From an uncultured bacterium (GTDB lineage Bacteria > Muiribacteriota > Ozemobacteria > Ozemobacterales > Ozemobacteraceae): DNA of 24,657 nt. Under the pieces are notes generated by a model that searched no databases, was not told the DNA's origin, and was given only the letters and a program-made list of their open reading frames with translations. Positions 1 to 9,184 of this stretch are shown here, in pieces (position 1 is the stretch's first letter; each line of letters starts with the position of its first letter). The position numbers and the translations under genes are program-made. The stretch lies in assembly GCA_964569565.1 (NCBI GenBank), contig CAZMWO010000006.1, forward strand, positions 1 through 24,657. The letters run 5' to 3'.

Positions 1-75
1 CCTGCGGCTACATACTGTACCGTGAAGAAGGAAGCAGTGAAATCAATAGAATTATCAGAGTCAGTCGGGCTCTAA
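1..75 (+). CDS. Possible 3' end of a CDS entering from the left edge (…PAATYCTVKKEAVKSIELSESVGL*)
   Basis: Frame 1 is open from base 1 to TAA at 73-75 and converges on the TPR gene stop at 96. Too short to verify. Confidence 0.3.
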   Translation, partial: PAATYCTVKKEAVKSIELSESVGL

Positions 76-95
76 TGCCGGGTTTTATAATACGG

Positions 96-1103
96 TTAAT
101 CATCACTGCCCACGTTGTTCAGCTTAGCCTTGATGCTTCTGACATTTTCATCGACCAGAGGGTAGTCGCTATCGACTGCTTTCAGCTTCTCGTAATATTC
201 AAGGGCTTTGTGCATGTCGCCCATTCCCAGAAAAACGTTGCCGAGATGAAACATGGCGTCGAGGCAGTCTGGACTGTCAACCAGAATGCGCATGAATATG
301 GCAATCGCATCAGCATTGCGTGAAAGACCATATAAAGCCTGACCCTGAATGAGCCTGGCCTGTATGTCTTCCGGGCTGGCGGCCAGGCACTTTTCTGCAA
401 ACTCGAGTGCCTTGTCAAAATGACCTTCGATTACGGCTACCAGAGCATTGCTGAGCAGGCTGTCGCTGTCATCTGGGAGTACACCGGATATTCGCTGGTT
501 ATCGGCTTCCAGTTTTTTGAGGAATTCCTGTTCTTCACATTTGATGATTTCGGCTGCAACTACTTCCATGTAGGTGCTGTCGAGTTCGCGCAGTCGCTGC
601 AGATGGTATTTGGCCTTGATAAAATCGCCCTCGTCGCGGTAAATGACACCGAGATTCTGGTGTGCCTGCACGTGGGCGGGTTCGATTTCGATTACTTTGC
701 GGTAAAATGGAATGGCCTGCTTGCTTTTGCCCAGATGCGAAAGGGCTACTGCAATATTGAATATGGCATCGGTATCGCGAGGTTTTATGTGTATAACAGC
801 TTCCCATTCCTGAATTGCCTGTATCACCTTGTTGAGTTTCATGTAGATCAGGCCAAGGTTGTAATGGGAAAAGGTGTGGTCGGGCGCAACCTTTATCGCG
901 GACTGGTAAGCGTCTATTGCTTGTGGAATATTGTTCATGCGATGCAGAAAAACGCCCTTGGTTGAATAAAAATCCGGATTGTTGGGCGAATTCTTTATTG
1001 CCTTGTCGATTTGCTGCAAAGCTTTGTCATACTGCCCCTGTTCAAAGTAGTCAAGTGCAGATTCATAGTGTCTTTGCGCGTATGTGCTGTTCAGGTTTGC
1101 CAT
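96..1103 (-). CDS. Tetratricopeptide repeat (TPR) protein
   Basis: Many consecutive TPR-like units (e.g. FYSTKGVFLHRMNNIPQAIDAYQSAIKVAP, SHYNLGLIYMKLNKVIQAIQEWEAVIHIKP, AHQNLGVIYRDEGDFIKA). Start moved from 1127 to ATG 1103 because the 1127 ATG lies inside a predicted -10 box. Confidence 0.88.
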   Translation of the reverse strand: MANLNSTYAQRHYESALDYFEQGQYDKALQQIDKAIKNSPNNPDFYSTKGVFLHRMNNIPQAIDAYQSAIKVAPDHTFSHYNLGLIYMKLNKVIQAIQEWEAVIHIKPRDTDAIFNIAVALSHLGKSKQAIPFYRKVIEIEPAHVQAHQNLGVIYRDEGDFIKAKYHLQRLRELDSTYMEVVAAEIIKCEEQEFLKKLEADNQRISGVLPDDSDSLLSNALVAVIEGHFDKALEFAEKCLAASPEDIQARLIQGQALYGLSRNADAIAIFMRILVDSPDCLDAMFHLGNVFLGMGDMHKALEYYEKLKAVDSDYPLVDENVRSIKAKLNNVGSDD

Positions 1104-1125
1104 TTTATGTCGCGGTTGCTGCAGC

Positions 1126-1154
1126 ATTATAGCTTATTTAAAGTAACTAAGCAA
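1126..1154 (-). promoter_or_regulatory. sigma70-type promoter for the TPR gene
   Basis: Minus strand reads TTGCTT (1154-1149), 17 nt, TATAAT (1131-1126). Confidence 0.65.
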
Positions 1155-1221
1155 ATGCACTGCCGAGTTTTTGTGCGGGCAGACAATTGCCGCCGTCGTG
1201 ACTGCAGCCTGGAGTTTTTTA

Positions 1222-1250
1222 TTGAAAACTGGCTGAGCAGGCGCTATAAT
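1222..1250 (+). promoter_or_regulatory. sigma70-type promoter for the small membrane protein
   Basis: TTGAAA (1222-1227), 17 nt, TATAAT (1245-1250), 10 nt upstream of ATG 1261. Confidence 0.7.
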
Positions 1251-1260
1251 CAAGCCTGTC

Positions 1261-1599
1261 ATGAATGAGAATATAAACGAAGCAAAAACGGATGTGACGA
1301 ATGAAGCTCGCAAGCGGCCGGGTCAGCCACTTGTCAGCTGGGTTGTCATGCTCAGCTGCGTGTTTCTTTTCGCAGCAAGCCTCAACTGTCTTTTTTTGTG
1401 GCTCTCTTATGGCCATAGCTATGACCTGGCCGGACTGGTTTTAAGTCTGGTTCTGGCATTGATTGTCTATTTTACTGCTCTCGATGCCAAAAAAGTGGCA
1501 AGCTATCAGCGTCGTCTGATCATCGCCACAGCTGCCCTGATGCTCTGGGCGATTCTGCTGCCGGGTGTCATGAAGCTTGCTGGTTATCAGATCTTTTGA
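1261..1599 (+). CDS. Small hypothetical membrane protein, about 3 transmembrane helices
   Basis: 112-aa ORF with three hydrophobic segments separated by short polar or basic loops, and a near-consensus promoter directly upstream. Its 3' end overlaps the MCP 3' end by 32 nt. Confidence 0.7.
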   Translation: MNENINEAKTDVTNEARKRPGQPLVSWVVMLSCVFLFAASLNCLFLWLSYGHSYDLAGLVLSLVLALIVYFTALDAKKVASYQRRLIIATAALMLWAILLPGVMKLAGYQIF

Positions 1600-3313
1600 T
1601 GGTAAACCGCGAGACGAGCAGGTGAAGTTCGTCGGCCAGGGAAGCCAGATCTTCGGTTGAACTGGAGACCTGCGAAACTGTCGTCGTCTGCTGTTCGACC
1701 GAAGTTGCGACTATACCCAGCTGTTCTGTAGTTACCTTGGTCAGGCTGGTGATGTCTTCGATCGTTCTTGTCATTGCCAGCGAATTCTCCGACTGCTCTG
1801 TCGAAATCGAGCTGATTTCGCTGATCTTTTTGTTTACGTCATCGACGTTGTTGATGATGTTGTCGAGGCTGATCGACACTTCACGGATAATTCTGATGCC
1901 GTCATCAACACGACCACGGCCGAGAGTCATCGAGTCGACCGCGTTCTGCGTCTTGGTCAGAATGTTTTCGATTCTGGTGCCGATAGCTTCAGCAGCTTCA
2001 GCCGATTCCTCGGCCAGCTTACGTACTTCTCCGGCAACTACGGTGAAGCCTTTGCCCTGTTCGCCGGCTCTGGCAGCTTCGATTGCGGCATTAAGCGCCA
2101 GCAGGTTCGTCTGGCTGGCGATGGCGGTGATGGTGTTGACTATTTCACTGATCTGCAAAGATGCCGAGTTCAGATCAAGAATGACCTGGGTGGCGATATC
2201 AACCGATTCTTTGATCTTACCTACCATTTCGACCGACTTTTTAACGGTTTTGCCACCCTTGTCGGCTGCCTGAGTGGTAATGCTCACCGCCTTGACCGCG
2301 GTTTCTGCCAGCTGGGCGACTTTCTGGGCTGATTCAGAAAAACTCTCAACCGAAGCTGTCGTTTTTTCGAGGTTGTTCGATATCTCCAGTGATGAGGTAT
2401 TGATGCCGTTGACGTTTTTGGAAATATCAAGCAGGGTGGCGGCCGATTCGACCGAGGCCGAGCTGAGCTGTTGTGAGCTTGTCGCCAGGTCGTCGCTGGT
2501 TTCGAGAACTTTCGAGATCATCTGGCAGATGCCTTCGAGCATGCGATTAAAGCTTTCGGCAACCCGCTCGAATTCATCAGAGCTTTCAAATCTAAGTCGG
2601 GTATGCAGGTGTCCCTTTTCGGCTTCTGACATTGATTCGACAATACGTTCGAGAGGTCTCGAAATTCCGTTTGAAATGAAGAGGGCGAACCAGATGCCGA
2701 AAATCAATATAACTCCCGGTATTATCTTGGCCAGAAGGCTCAGCATTGCATACGTTTCATCACTATCCCGCGTTATCGAGGATGTGTATTTGGCAAGAGC
2801 TTTGCATAGACTGCTGCATTTCAAGGTAAGCTCGATTTCCTTGTCGCGTATGGCTGAGAGTAATTCAGAACTGCTGGCCATGCTGAATTCCACGCCAGGA
2901 TCCATTGCCAGATAACCGTCGGTAAGATCGAACAGTTCAAATAAATTGCCCTCGGTCGTCTGCTTGAACGCAATGATATTAGACGCTTCGGCAAGAAAAG
3001 GGCTTTTCAGACTGGAGTCAATCAGGTCAAAACTTTTGAAGGCGCCTTCTTTGGCCGAGTTGTAGTAAGATAAGAGATCTTCGCGGTTTTGCGGAGTCCT
3101 GATTATCTCGCTGGCTGAATTGGCGGCCAGATGCAGGTTCGCCATCAGTTCCTGCGAATTGATCATTGCATCAGTGTATTTTTCTTTAAGAAAATTTACC
3201 GTTTCGCGCAGCTGAAACACGTAGTAGCCGGCAAAGCCCGCAATCAGCAGAAATATAACCAGAATGAACAGAAATCCTGCCAGAATCTTAGTGCTTATAG
3301 ATAGCATTCTCAC
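1568..3313 (-). CDS. Methyl-accepting chemotaxis protein (TM, roughly 150-aa extracytoplasmic sensor, TM, HAMP, signalling domain)
   Basis: Signature [40 protein letters not shown]; HAMP region ([20 protein letters not shown]…[13 protein letters not shown]); two TM segments. GTG start overlaps the dGTPase stop (GTGA); ATG 3307 is an alternative start. Confidence 0.95.
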   Translation of the reverse strand: MRMLSISTKILAGFLFILVIFLLIAGFAGYYVFQLRETVNFLKEKYTDAMINSQELMANLHLAANSASEIIRTPQNREDLLSYYNSAKEGAFKSFDLIDSSLKSPFLAEASNIIAFKQTTEGNLFELFDLTDGYLAMDPGVEFSMASSSELLSAIRDKEIELTLKCSSLCKALAKYTSSITRDSDETYAMLSLLAKIIPGVILIFGIWFALFISNGISRPLERIVESMSEAEKGHLHTRLRFESSDEFERVAESFNRMLEGICQMISKVLETSDDLATSSQQLSSASVESAATLLDISKNVNGINTSSLEISNNLEKTTASVESFSESAQKVAQLAETAVKAVSITTQAADKGGKTVKKSVEMVGKIKESVDIATQVILDLNSASLQISEIVNTITAIASQTNLLALNAAIEAARAGEQGKGFTVVAGEVRKLAEESAEAAEAIGTRIENILTKTQNAVDSMTLGRGRVDDGIRIIREVSISLDNIINNVDDVNKKISEISSISTEQSENSLAMTRTIEDITSLTKVTTEQLGIVATSVEQQTTTVSQVSSSTEDLASLADELHLLVSRFTIKRSDNQQAS

Positions 3314-4413
3314 TGGGAATTCTCCGTTTTACGCACCTTGAAATCGCTGAAAGTGTAATAATGTGGCATAAATATTTCCTGAAACCGTCTCAGGGCAAAA
3401 TCGTCGGTCATGCTTGCCAGGTAATCGACAATGGTGCGATTCAGGCTTTGCTCCTCTGGAATCTGGTATCTGAGGTGTTTGAATAATTCTTCAGGATTTT
3501 TGGCGAACCAGTCGGCCATCTGTCGCAGCAGGTGCTTGGACTTCTGGACGGCTACATCGATTTCGGGCCTGGTATAAACATCACGGTAGAGAAAGGCTTT
3601 CATTTCGGCGGTCGCTGCCCGAACCGGTTCGCTCATCTTGATCAGATCGCTGTCGATGCTGTTGTCGATGATGTCGCGCACCATGGTATGAATGCGTATT
3701 GAATGCCGGTCACCCAGCAGACGCCTGGCATCAGGGGGCAGATCGTCGACAGTTATCACCCCGGCCCTGATGGCGTCATCTATATCGTGGTTGATATAAG
3801 CCACCAGATCTGCAATTCTCACTACCTGCGCTTCGACAGTTAACGGCATCGTCTCTTCGCCGCTGAAGGTGGCAGAGCCATGCTTGCCTTTGCTGTGCAT
3901 GAGAATGCCATCGATAACCTCGCGGGTAAGGTTAAGACCCTGCCCGTTTTTTTCAAGGCAGGTCACCACTCTTACTCCATGCGAAGCATGATGAAAGCCG
4001 GTTTCGCTTATCTCTGCCAGAATTTCTTCGCCGCTGTGTCCGAAGGGCGTGTGCCCGAGATCATGCGCCAGTGCTATGGCTTCGGTAAGGTCTTCGTTGA
4101 GATTGAGGCAGCGTGAAATGCAGCGCGCTGTGCAGACGACCTCGAGAGTGTGGGTAAGTCTGGTTCTGAAGTGATCATTGGTCGGTGAAAGGAATACCTG
4201 CGTTTTGTGCTTCAGCCGCCGGAATGACTCACTGTGAATTATGCGGTCAATATCGCGCTGAAAGCAGCTGCGGATAAAGCAGTCGTTCTCAGGGTGTTCG
4301 CGCCCACGGCTTTTGCTTGACAGGCAGGCGAAGCGCGAAAGCGTTCTGGCTTCACATTCTTCGAATGCCAGCCTGAGAGTCGGGCTGCTGGTTATTCCTG
4401 GCATGTTCGGCAA
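3310..4413 (-). CDS. dgt: Deoxyguanosinetriphosphate triphosphohydrolase-like HD-domain protein (short type)
   Basis: Motifs [68 protein letters not shown] and [11 protein letters not shown]. Start is TTG 4413 or ATG 4404. Confidence 0.92.
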   Translation of the reverse strand: MPNMPGITSSPTLRLAFEECEARTLSRFACLSSKSRGREHPENDCFIRSCFQRDIDRIIHSESFRRLKHKTQVFLSPTNDHFRTRLTHTLEVVCTARCISRCLNLNEDLTEAIALAHDLGHTPFGHSGEEILAEISETGFHHASHGVRVVTCLEKNGQGLNLTREVIDGILMHSKGKHGSATFSGEETMPLTVEAQVVRIADLVAYINHDIDDAIRAGVITVDDLPPDARRLLGDRHSIRIHTMVRDIIDNSIDSDLIKMSEPVRAATAEMKAFLYRDVYTRPEIDVAVQKSKHLLRQMADWFAKNPEELFKHLRYQIPEEQSLNRTIVDYLASMTDDFALRRFQEIFMPHYYTFSDFKVRKTENSQ

Positions 4414-4414
4414 C

Positions 4415-5716
4415 TCACGAAACTATGTCTAGAATAAGCTTCTGGGCGACTACTTCTTTGTCGCTGAGCTTTATGGCCTCGCGCAGACGGCTTATGGCCC
4501 GGCTGTTGTCACGGTCGGGATTAAGATATAGCTCGGCCAGAACGTCGCCTTTGCTTATTCTGTCGCCGACATGTTTTATCAGTTTGAGGCCAACACCCAT
4601 GTCAATGACCGATTCCTTGGTTTCGCGGCCGGCTCCGAGCATCATTGCGGCGAGCCCGATTTCTTCGCAGTCGATCTTGCTTATGTAACCGTCGCGTTCT
4701 GCTTTGAGTGTGTCGGTTTTCTTTGCTGCCGGCAGTTTACTGTAATCTTCGATCATCGACACATCGCCGCCCTGGAATTTGACCATCTCAAGAAATTTAC
4801 GGTAAGCACGACCATCGGCAAGAACTTCAGCGACTTTCTTTTCGGCTTCTTCGCGACTGAGACCGGCTCCAATTGCCAGCGCTTCTGCTGCCAGAGTTTT
4901 TATCAGGCTGGTAAAGCTTTGTGGCCCATGGTTGCGTAAGGTGTCGATCGCTTCGATGACTTCGACGGCATTGCCGATCATTTCACCAAGAGGCTCGTCC
5001 ATGTTTGACAATACAGCGGTAACCTTGCGGCCTGCCTGGGTGCCGATTTTTACCATGAGTCGCGCGAGTTCGCGGGCATCATCGAGGTTTTTCATGAAAG
5101 CGCCACTGCCGACTTTAACGTCGAGAACCAGGCCTTTGTTGGCTACCGCCAACTTTTTTGACATGATCGAAGCGGCGATAAGAGGTATCGAATCTACGGT
5201 CGCGGTTACATCGCGCAGAGCATAGATCTTTTTATCAGCGGGAACAAGATTGCCGGTCTGGCCGACGATAACCACGCCGATACGGTTTACTGCCTCGATG
5301 AACTGCCGGCTGTCGAGTTCGCACGAAAAGCCTTTGATAGCTTCCAGTTTGTCGATGGTCCCGCCGGTGTGACCGAGGCCGCGCCCTGACATCTTGGCAA
5401 CCTTGAGGCCGAGTGCGGCCAGTACCGGGCCAAGCACCAGGCTGGTTTTGTCGCCGACACCGCCGGTAGAATGTTTGTCTACGGTGAAGCCCTCGATGCC
5501 ATCAAGATTGATCAGGTCGCCACTGGTGCGCATGCAGTCGGTGAGCCAGTAGGTTTCTTCTTCATCCATGCCGCGAAAATATACGGCCATCAAAAAAGCG
5601 GCCATCTGATAGTCTGGCAGTGAACCGTCTACAAAGCCTTTTACTATCGATGATATTTCTGGTTGGCCAAGTTTTCGGCCATCGCGTTTATTCTTGATGA
5701 TGTCGTAGGCTCTCAT
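4415..5716 (-). CDS. pdp: Pyrimidine-nucleoside (thymidine) phosphorylase
   Basis: Motifs DKHSTGGVGDKTS, KMSGRGLGHTGGTIDKLE, ADKKIYALRDVTATV, SIMSKKLA and DVKVGSGAFMK; typical length of 433 aa. Confidence 0.96.
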   Translation of the reverse strand: MRAYDIIKNKRDGRKLGQPEISSIVKGFVDGSLPDYQMAAFLMAVYFRGMDEEETYWLTDCMRTSGDLINLDGIEGFTVDKHSTGGVGDKTSLVLGPVLAALGLKVAKMSGRGLGHTGGTIDKLEAIKGFSCELDSRQFIEAVNRIGVVIVGQTGNLVPADKKIYALRDVTATVDSIPLIAASIMSKKLAVANKGLVLDVKVGSGAFMKNLDDARELARLMVKIGTQAGRKVTAVLSNMDEPLGEMIGNAVEVIEAIDTLRNHGPQSFTSLIKTLAAEALAIGAGLSREEAEKKVAEVLADGRAYRKFLEMVKFQGGDVSMIEDYSKLPAAKKTDTLKAERDGYISKIDCEEIGLAAMMLGAGRETKESVIDMGVGLKLIKHVGDRISKGDVLAELYLNPDRDNSRAISRLREAIKLSDKEVVAQKLILDIVS

Positions 5717-5737
5717 TCCTGGTTCCTTCCTTCGGTA

Positions 5738-6007
5738 TTATCTTTTAATGCGCAATAATCTTATGTGATTGGTGAGGTAACAGCGTTCGAATAACGGACA
5801 GGCAGCACATTTGGACTGGTAGTCAGGCCGGTCGATTTTCATAGCCTCAAACGTCATGCCGGAAGTATTCCACTTGCCGAAATAATCTGTTCCGAAGCAT
5901 TTGGGAACAGCCTGATCCTGACGGGCCGGAGCTGGAGCGGGCTGCGTCGCAGCCGGCTTGGGGGCGCCGCCTGGTATTGCCGAACCGGTTGGGGTAACTA
6001 ATGACAT
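5738..6007 (-). CDS. Small hypothetical protein with Pro/Ala-rich N-terminus and four Cys (C37, C67, C70, C76); putative metal or Fe-S binding
   Basis: 89-aa ORF with GGAG Shine-Dalgarno upstream, 21 nt ahead of and co-oriented with pdp; C-x29-C-x2-C-x5-C pattern. Confidence 0.7.
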   Translation of the reverse strand: MSLVTPTGSAIPGGAPKPAATQPAPAPARQDQAVPKCFGTDYFGKWNTSGMTFEAMKIDRPDYQSKCAACPLFERCYLTNHIRLLRIKR

Positions 6008-6070
6008 GATGATTTCTCCAATATTATCAGAATTCCCGATTTTGAGTTATAATAACACATTGCATGGCTG

Positions 6071-6079
6071 TGGTATAGT
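6071..6079 (+). promoter_or_regulatory. Possible extended -10 promoter element for the kinase operon
   Basis: TG-G-TATAGT in the AT-rich divergent intergenic region; no good -35 box seen. Confidence 0.35.
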
Positions 6080-6144
6080 AATCTGCCATTAAAACTCATC
6101 AGATAGCAAGAATACCGCGACCGTCAGCGGGGAGGGAACCGACC

Positions 6145-7917
6145 TTGCATTTCGTTTTCCGGCTCGACAATCTTTTGTTGCATTCTACTGATACCGTCAT
6201 TAGCGAAACCGGCGATGCAGACTCCGGCATCGCGCTGGCCGATATTTTTCCGCAGATGGCTTCTGAAGAACCGATAAGACAGCTTCGAGCTCCCGGTTTC
6301 TCAGGTCTTGAGAGAAAAATGTCGGTAATATTGAATGGCACGGGACGTTGTGGTCTTTTTCGCATCAGCCGCAATGTTATCGATGGTTATGAATGCGTTG
6401 AAATCGATGGCGAATGGCTCAGCGAAGCAGATCTGCCAGCCGGTAATGTCAGTGATAACCCTCTGATGGTGAGTGAAAAGACCCTCGCAACTATTATCGA
6501 ACTTGCAGTAGATGGTATTGTAATTATCGATCAGAAGGGCATTGTCCAGGGATTCAACCGGGCGGCCGAAAAGATGTTCGGCTACAATGCCTGTGAAGTT
6601 CTTGGCGGCAATGTTTCGATGCTGGCTCCAGAACCTCATCGCAGCAAGCATGATGAATACATGCAGCGCTATCTCAATACAAGAATTCCTCATATAATCG
6701 GGATCGGCCGTCAGGTAGATGCACAGCGCCGTGACGGTTCGCTTTTTCCGGTAGATCTTGCCGTCGGCGAGGTCAGGCTTGAATCTGGGAGTCTCTTCAC
6801 CGGCTTTATCAGAGACCTTTCAGAGTCCCGCAAAGTCGAGAGTGAACGCAACAGCTTTTTTCTGATGTCGCTCGATCTTTTTTGCATCCTGGGATTTGAC
6901 GGCAAATTCAGAAGGGTTAACCCGCAATGGCAGGATGTCATGGGCTATGTGCCAGGCGAGCTCGAGGGCAACGACCTTGCCGCTCTTATCCATCCCGATG
7001 ACCTGGGTGAATCTGGCCAGCTGCTTACCGACATACTGGGTGTGCGCAACGTCGTCGGGCGTGTCATGCGTTTGCGTAAGAGTAATGGCGAATATCTCTG
7101 GATGCTGTGGAACAGCTCGATCGATCTTGCTAACAAGGCCGTTTACGGGGTCAGTCGTGATATAACCGAACAGCGCAGGATTCTTGAAGAGCTTCAGAGT
7201 GCCAAGCTCGAAGCCGAAAGATCGAGCGCCGCCAAAAGCGTGTTTATTGCCAAAATGAATCACGAACTGCGTACTCCACTTAATTCTATTATCGGCTTCT
7301 CGAGACATTTGCAGCGGCATGCCGAACAATTTACCGCCAAAGAAATGCTTTTTCTCGAGCGTATCAGCCGCAATGGCGAGTCTCTTCTTCAGATGATCAA
7401 TTCAATTCTCGATTATTCCCGCAACGAATCAGGCTTTGCCGGAGTTCACCTCGGCAAGGTAAACATTGCCGACATGATCGGAGAAGTCGTCGACCTGATG
7501 CAGGTGCTTATCGAGGAAAAAGGTATAGATATCGAACTCAGAATCCCGCCGGACTGCTGTGAAATTGAATCAGACCAGGTTAAATTGCGTCAGATCTTGC
7601 AGAATCTCATCGACAACGCGGTCAAATTTTCGGACTGTTCGAAGGTCATTATCGAAGTTACGTCAGATCAGTACAATTTTCCTGAAAAGATTGCAATAGT
7701 CGATTCTGGGCCGGGTATCGCCCCGGATCAGCTCGAGGTTATTTTTGAAGCATTTCAGCAGGGCGATAACAGTCTGGCGCGACGTTATGGTGGTGCCGGC
7801 CTCGGTCTTGCCATCGCCAGGTCTTTTGCTGACCTGCTTGGCATAAAGATCTCGGTCGAAAGCGAGCTTGGCCGGGGATCTATTTTCACTCTGCACCTTA
7901 AGAAGAGCGAGGTATAA
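6145..7917 (+). CDS. Cytoplasmic PAS-PAS sensor histidine kinase with a FixL-like heme-PAS domain
   Basis: PAS1 (EKMFGY…LAPEPHRSKHDEYMQRYLNTRIPHIIGIGRQVDAQRRDGSLFP); PAS2 (VNPQWQDVMGY…IHPDD); H-box MNHELRTPLNSIIG (H373); N-box LRQILQNLIDNAVKFS; G boxes DSGPGI and GGAGLGLAI. No TM segments. TTG start preceded by GGAGGG. Confidence 0.93.
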   Translation: MHFVFRLDNLLLHSTDTVISETGDADSGIALADIFPQMASEEPIRQLRAPGFSGLERKMSVILNGTGRCGLFRISRNVIDGYECVEIDGEWLSEADLPAGNVSDNPLMVSEKTLATIIELAVDGIVIIDQKGIVQGFNRAAEKMFGYNACEVLGGNVSMLAPEPHRSKHDEYMQRYLNTRIPHIIGIGRQVDAQRRDGSLFPVDLAVGEVRLESGSLFTGFIRDLSESRKVESERNSFFLMSLDLFCILGFDGKFRRVNPQWQDVMGYVPGELEGNDLAALIHPDDLGESGQLLTDILGVRNVVGRVMRLRKSNGEYLWMLWNSSIDLANKAVYGVSRDITEQRRILEELQSAKLEAERSSAAKSVFIAKMNHELRTPLNSIIGFSRHLQRHAEQFTAKEMLFLERISRNGESLLQMINSILDYSRNESGFAGVHLGKVNIADMIGEVVDLMQVLIEEKGIDIELRIPPDCCEIESDQVKLRQILQNLIDNAVKFSDCSKVIIEVTSDQYNFPEKIAIVDSGPGIAPDQLEVIFEAFQQGDNSLARRYGGAGLGLAIARSFADLLGIKISVESELGRGSIFTLHLKKSEV

Positions 7918-7921
7918 GACT

Positions 7922-9184
7922 ATGAGCAAGCACGTTCAAGGCAAAATGAACATTCTTGTCGTCGATGACGCGCCTGATAACCTGCTGTTGCTCGAGGCAA
8001 TACTCGAGAGTGAAAATTTTGAGAATATTTTTCTGGCTTCTTCTGCCCGTGAAGCCTTTGAATACATAGGCCTTGTCGAGTCACCCCGTAATGCCAGAAT
8101 CGACATGGTGCTGATGGATATAATGATGCCCGAGATCTCGGGCATTGAGGCAATTCGCGAAATCCGCAGCCACTCAGATTATCAGGATATTCCGATCGTT
8201 GTTGTCAGCGCCCGCTCTGAAACCCAGGATCTGGTCGAGGCATTCGATGCAGGAGCCGTAGACTATGTAACCAAGCCGATCAAAGAACTTGAGCTTGTCG
8301 CCCGAATCAGGTCGATGCTGCGCCTCAAGTCTGAAACCGATCACCGCAAGTTTCATGAAGCAGAGCTGGAAACGCTGGCGAAAGAGCTTGAAGAAAACAA
8401 CCGCAAACTCAGTCAGATTCTCGAAGAACTGCACGAAGACATGGCTGCCGCCGGCAATATGCAGCGCAGCCTGCTGCCCGATAAGCGCATCAGTATTCCC
8501 GGTCTCAATTTTTCATGGTATTACGAAACCAGCGAGAACATTGGCGGCGACCTTCTCAACATCATGCCGCTCAGCAACGGTATGGCGGCACTTTTTATAC
8601 TGGATGTCTCTGGTCATGGCATACAGTCAGCCATGCTTGCGGTCAGCGTGCATCGTATGCTCTCGGCCTGGGAGGGCGAAAACAGTATATTACGCCTGCC
8701 CGATGGCACGCCGCGCTCACCGGCTGAGGTTGCCAACGAACTCAATGCCGAATTCATGCTAGACAAGAACAATTTTCAGTATTTCACCATGATTTACGGT
8801 ATTATCGATCTCAAAAAACAGACTCTGACTTATTGCCGCGCCGGACACACGCCCCTGTTGCTGCAGAACCTCGAGGGCATGGTCATTGTCTGCCGTGAGG
8901 GCAACGTTCCAGTAGGACTTACCGAAGATTGCGTCTTTGAAGAATTCACGCTGCGGCTGGCGCGTGGCGATCGCGTGATACTATATTCCGATGGCATCAC
9001 CGAGGCCCGGCGCAAAGGTTCAAAAGAGTTTTTCGGCGATGAAAATTTTCTCGCACTGCTTAAAAAAACCCGAAATCTGCCGGTCGATCAGGCTGTACAG
9101 GGCGTTATCGGCGACTTCAAGGACTGGCTGGGTGATACCAGTCCGTCAGACGATATCACGATGCTGATTATCGAGCCTGATTGA
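7922..9184 (+). CDS. Response regulator receiver plus PP2C/SpoIIE-type Ser/Thr phosphatase (RsbU/RsbP-like)
   Basis: Receiver motifs ILVVDD, VLMD, VVSA and VTKP; coiled-coil linker; PP2C motifs GGDLL, DVSGHG, YSDGITEA and DDITML. Start set to ATG 7922 (GAGG upstream, 4 nt after the kinase stop). Confidence 0.93.
   Translation: MSKHVQGKMNILVVDDAPDNLLLLEAILESENFENIFLASSAREAFEYIGLVESPRNARIDMVLMDIMMPEISGIEAIREIRSHSDYQDIPIVVVSARSETQDLVEAFDAGAVDYVTKPIKELELVARIRSMLRLKSETDHRKFHEAELETLAKELEENNRKLSQILEELHEDMAAAGNMQRSLLPDKRISIPGLNFSWYYETSENIGGDLLNIMPLSNGMAALFILDVSGHGIQSAMLAVSVHRMLSAWEGENSILRLPDGTPRSPAEVANELNAEFMLDKNNFQYFTMIYGIIDLKKQTLTYCRAGHTPLLLQNLEGMVIVCREGNVPVGLTEDCVFEEFTLRLARGDRVILYSDGITEARRKGSKEFFGDENFLALLKKTRNLPVDQAVQGVIGDFKDWLGDTSPSDDITMLIIEPD

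Noticed and set aside
1737-2915. 178-aa and 213-aa plus-strand ORFs opposite the MCP
   Set aside because: Ser/Thr/Leu-rich mirror translations of the chemoreceptor heptads, with no independent evidence.
3310-4413. dGTPase as an anti-phage dNTP-depletion defence gene
   Set aside because: It is the short housekeeping-like type embedded in an operon with pdp, with no defence-island or mobile-element context in the window.
5738-6007. Calling the small Cys protein a true WhiB
   Set aside because: First Cys spacer is 29 residues and the G[V/I]WGG motif is absent; kept only as a WhiB/FCL-like candidate.
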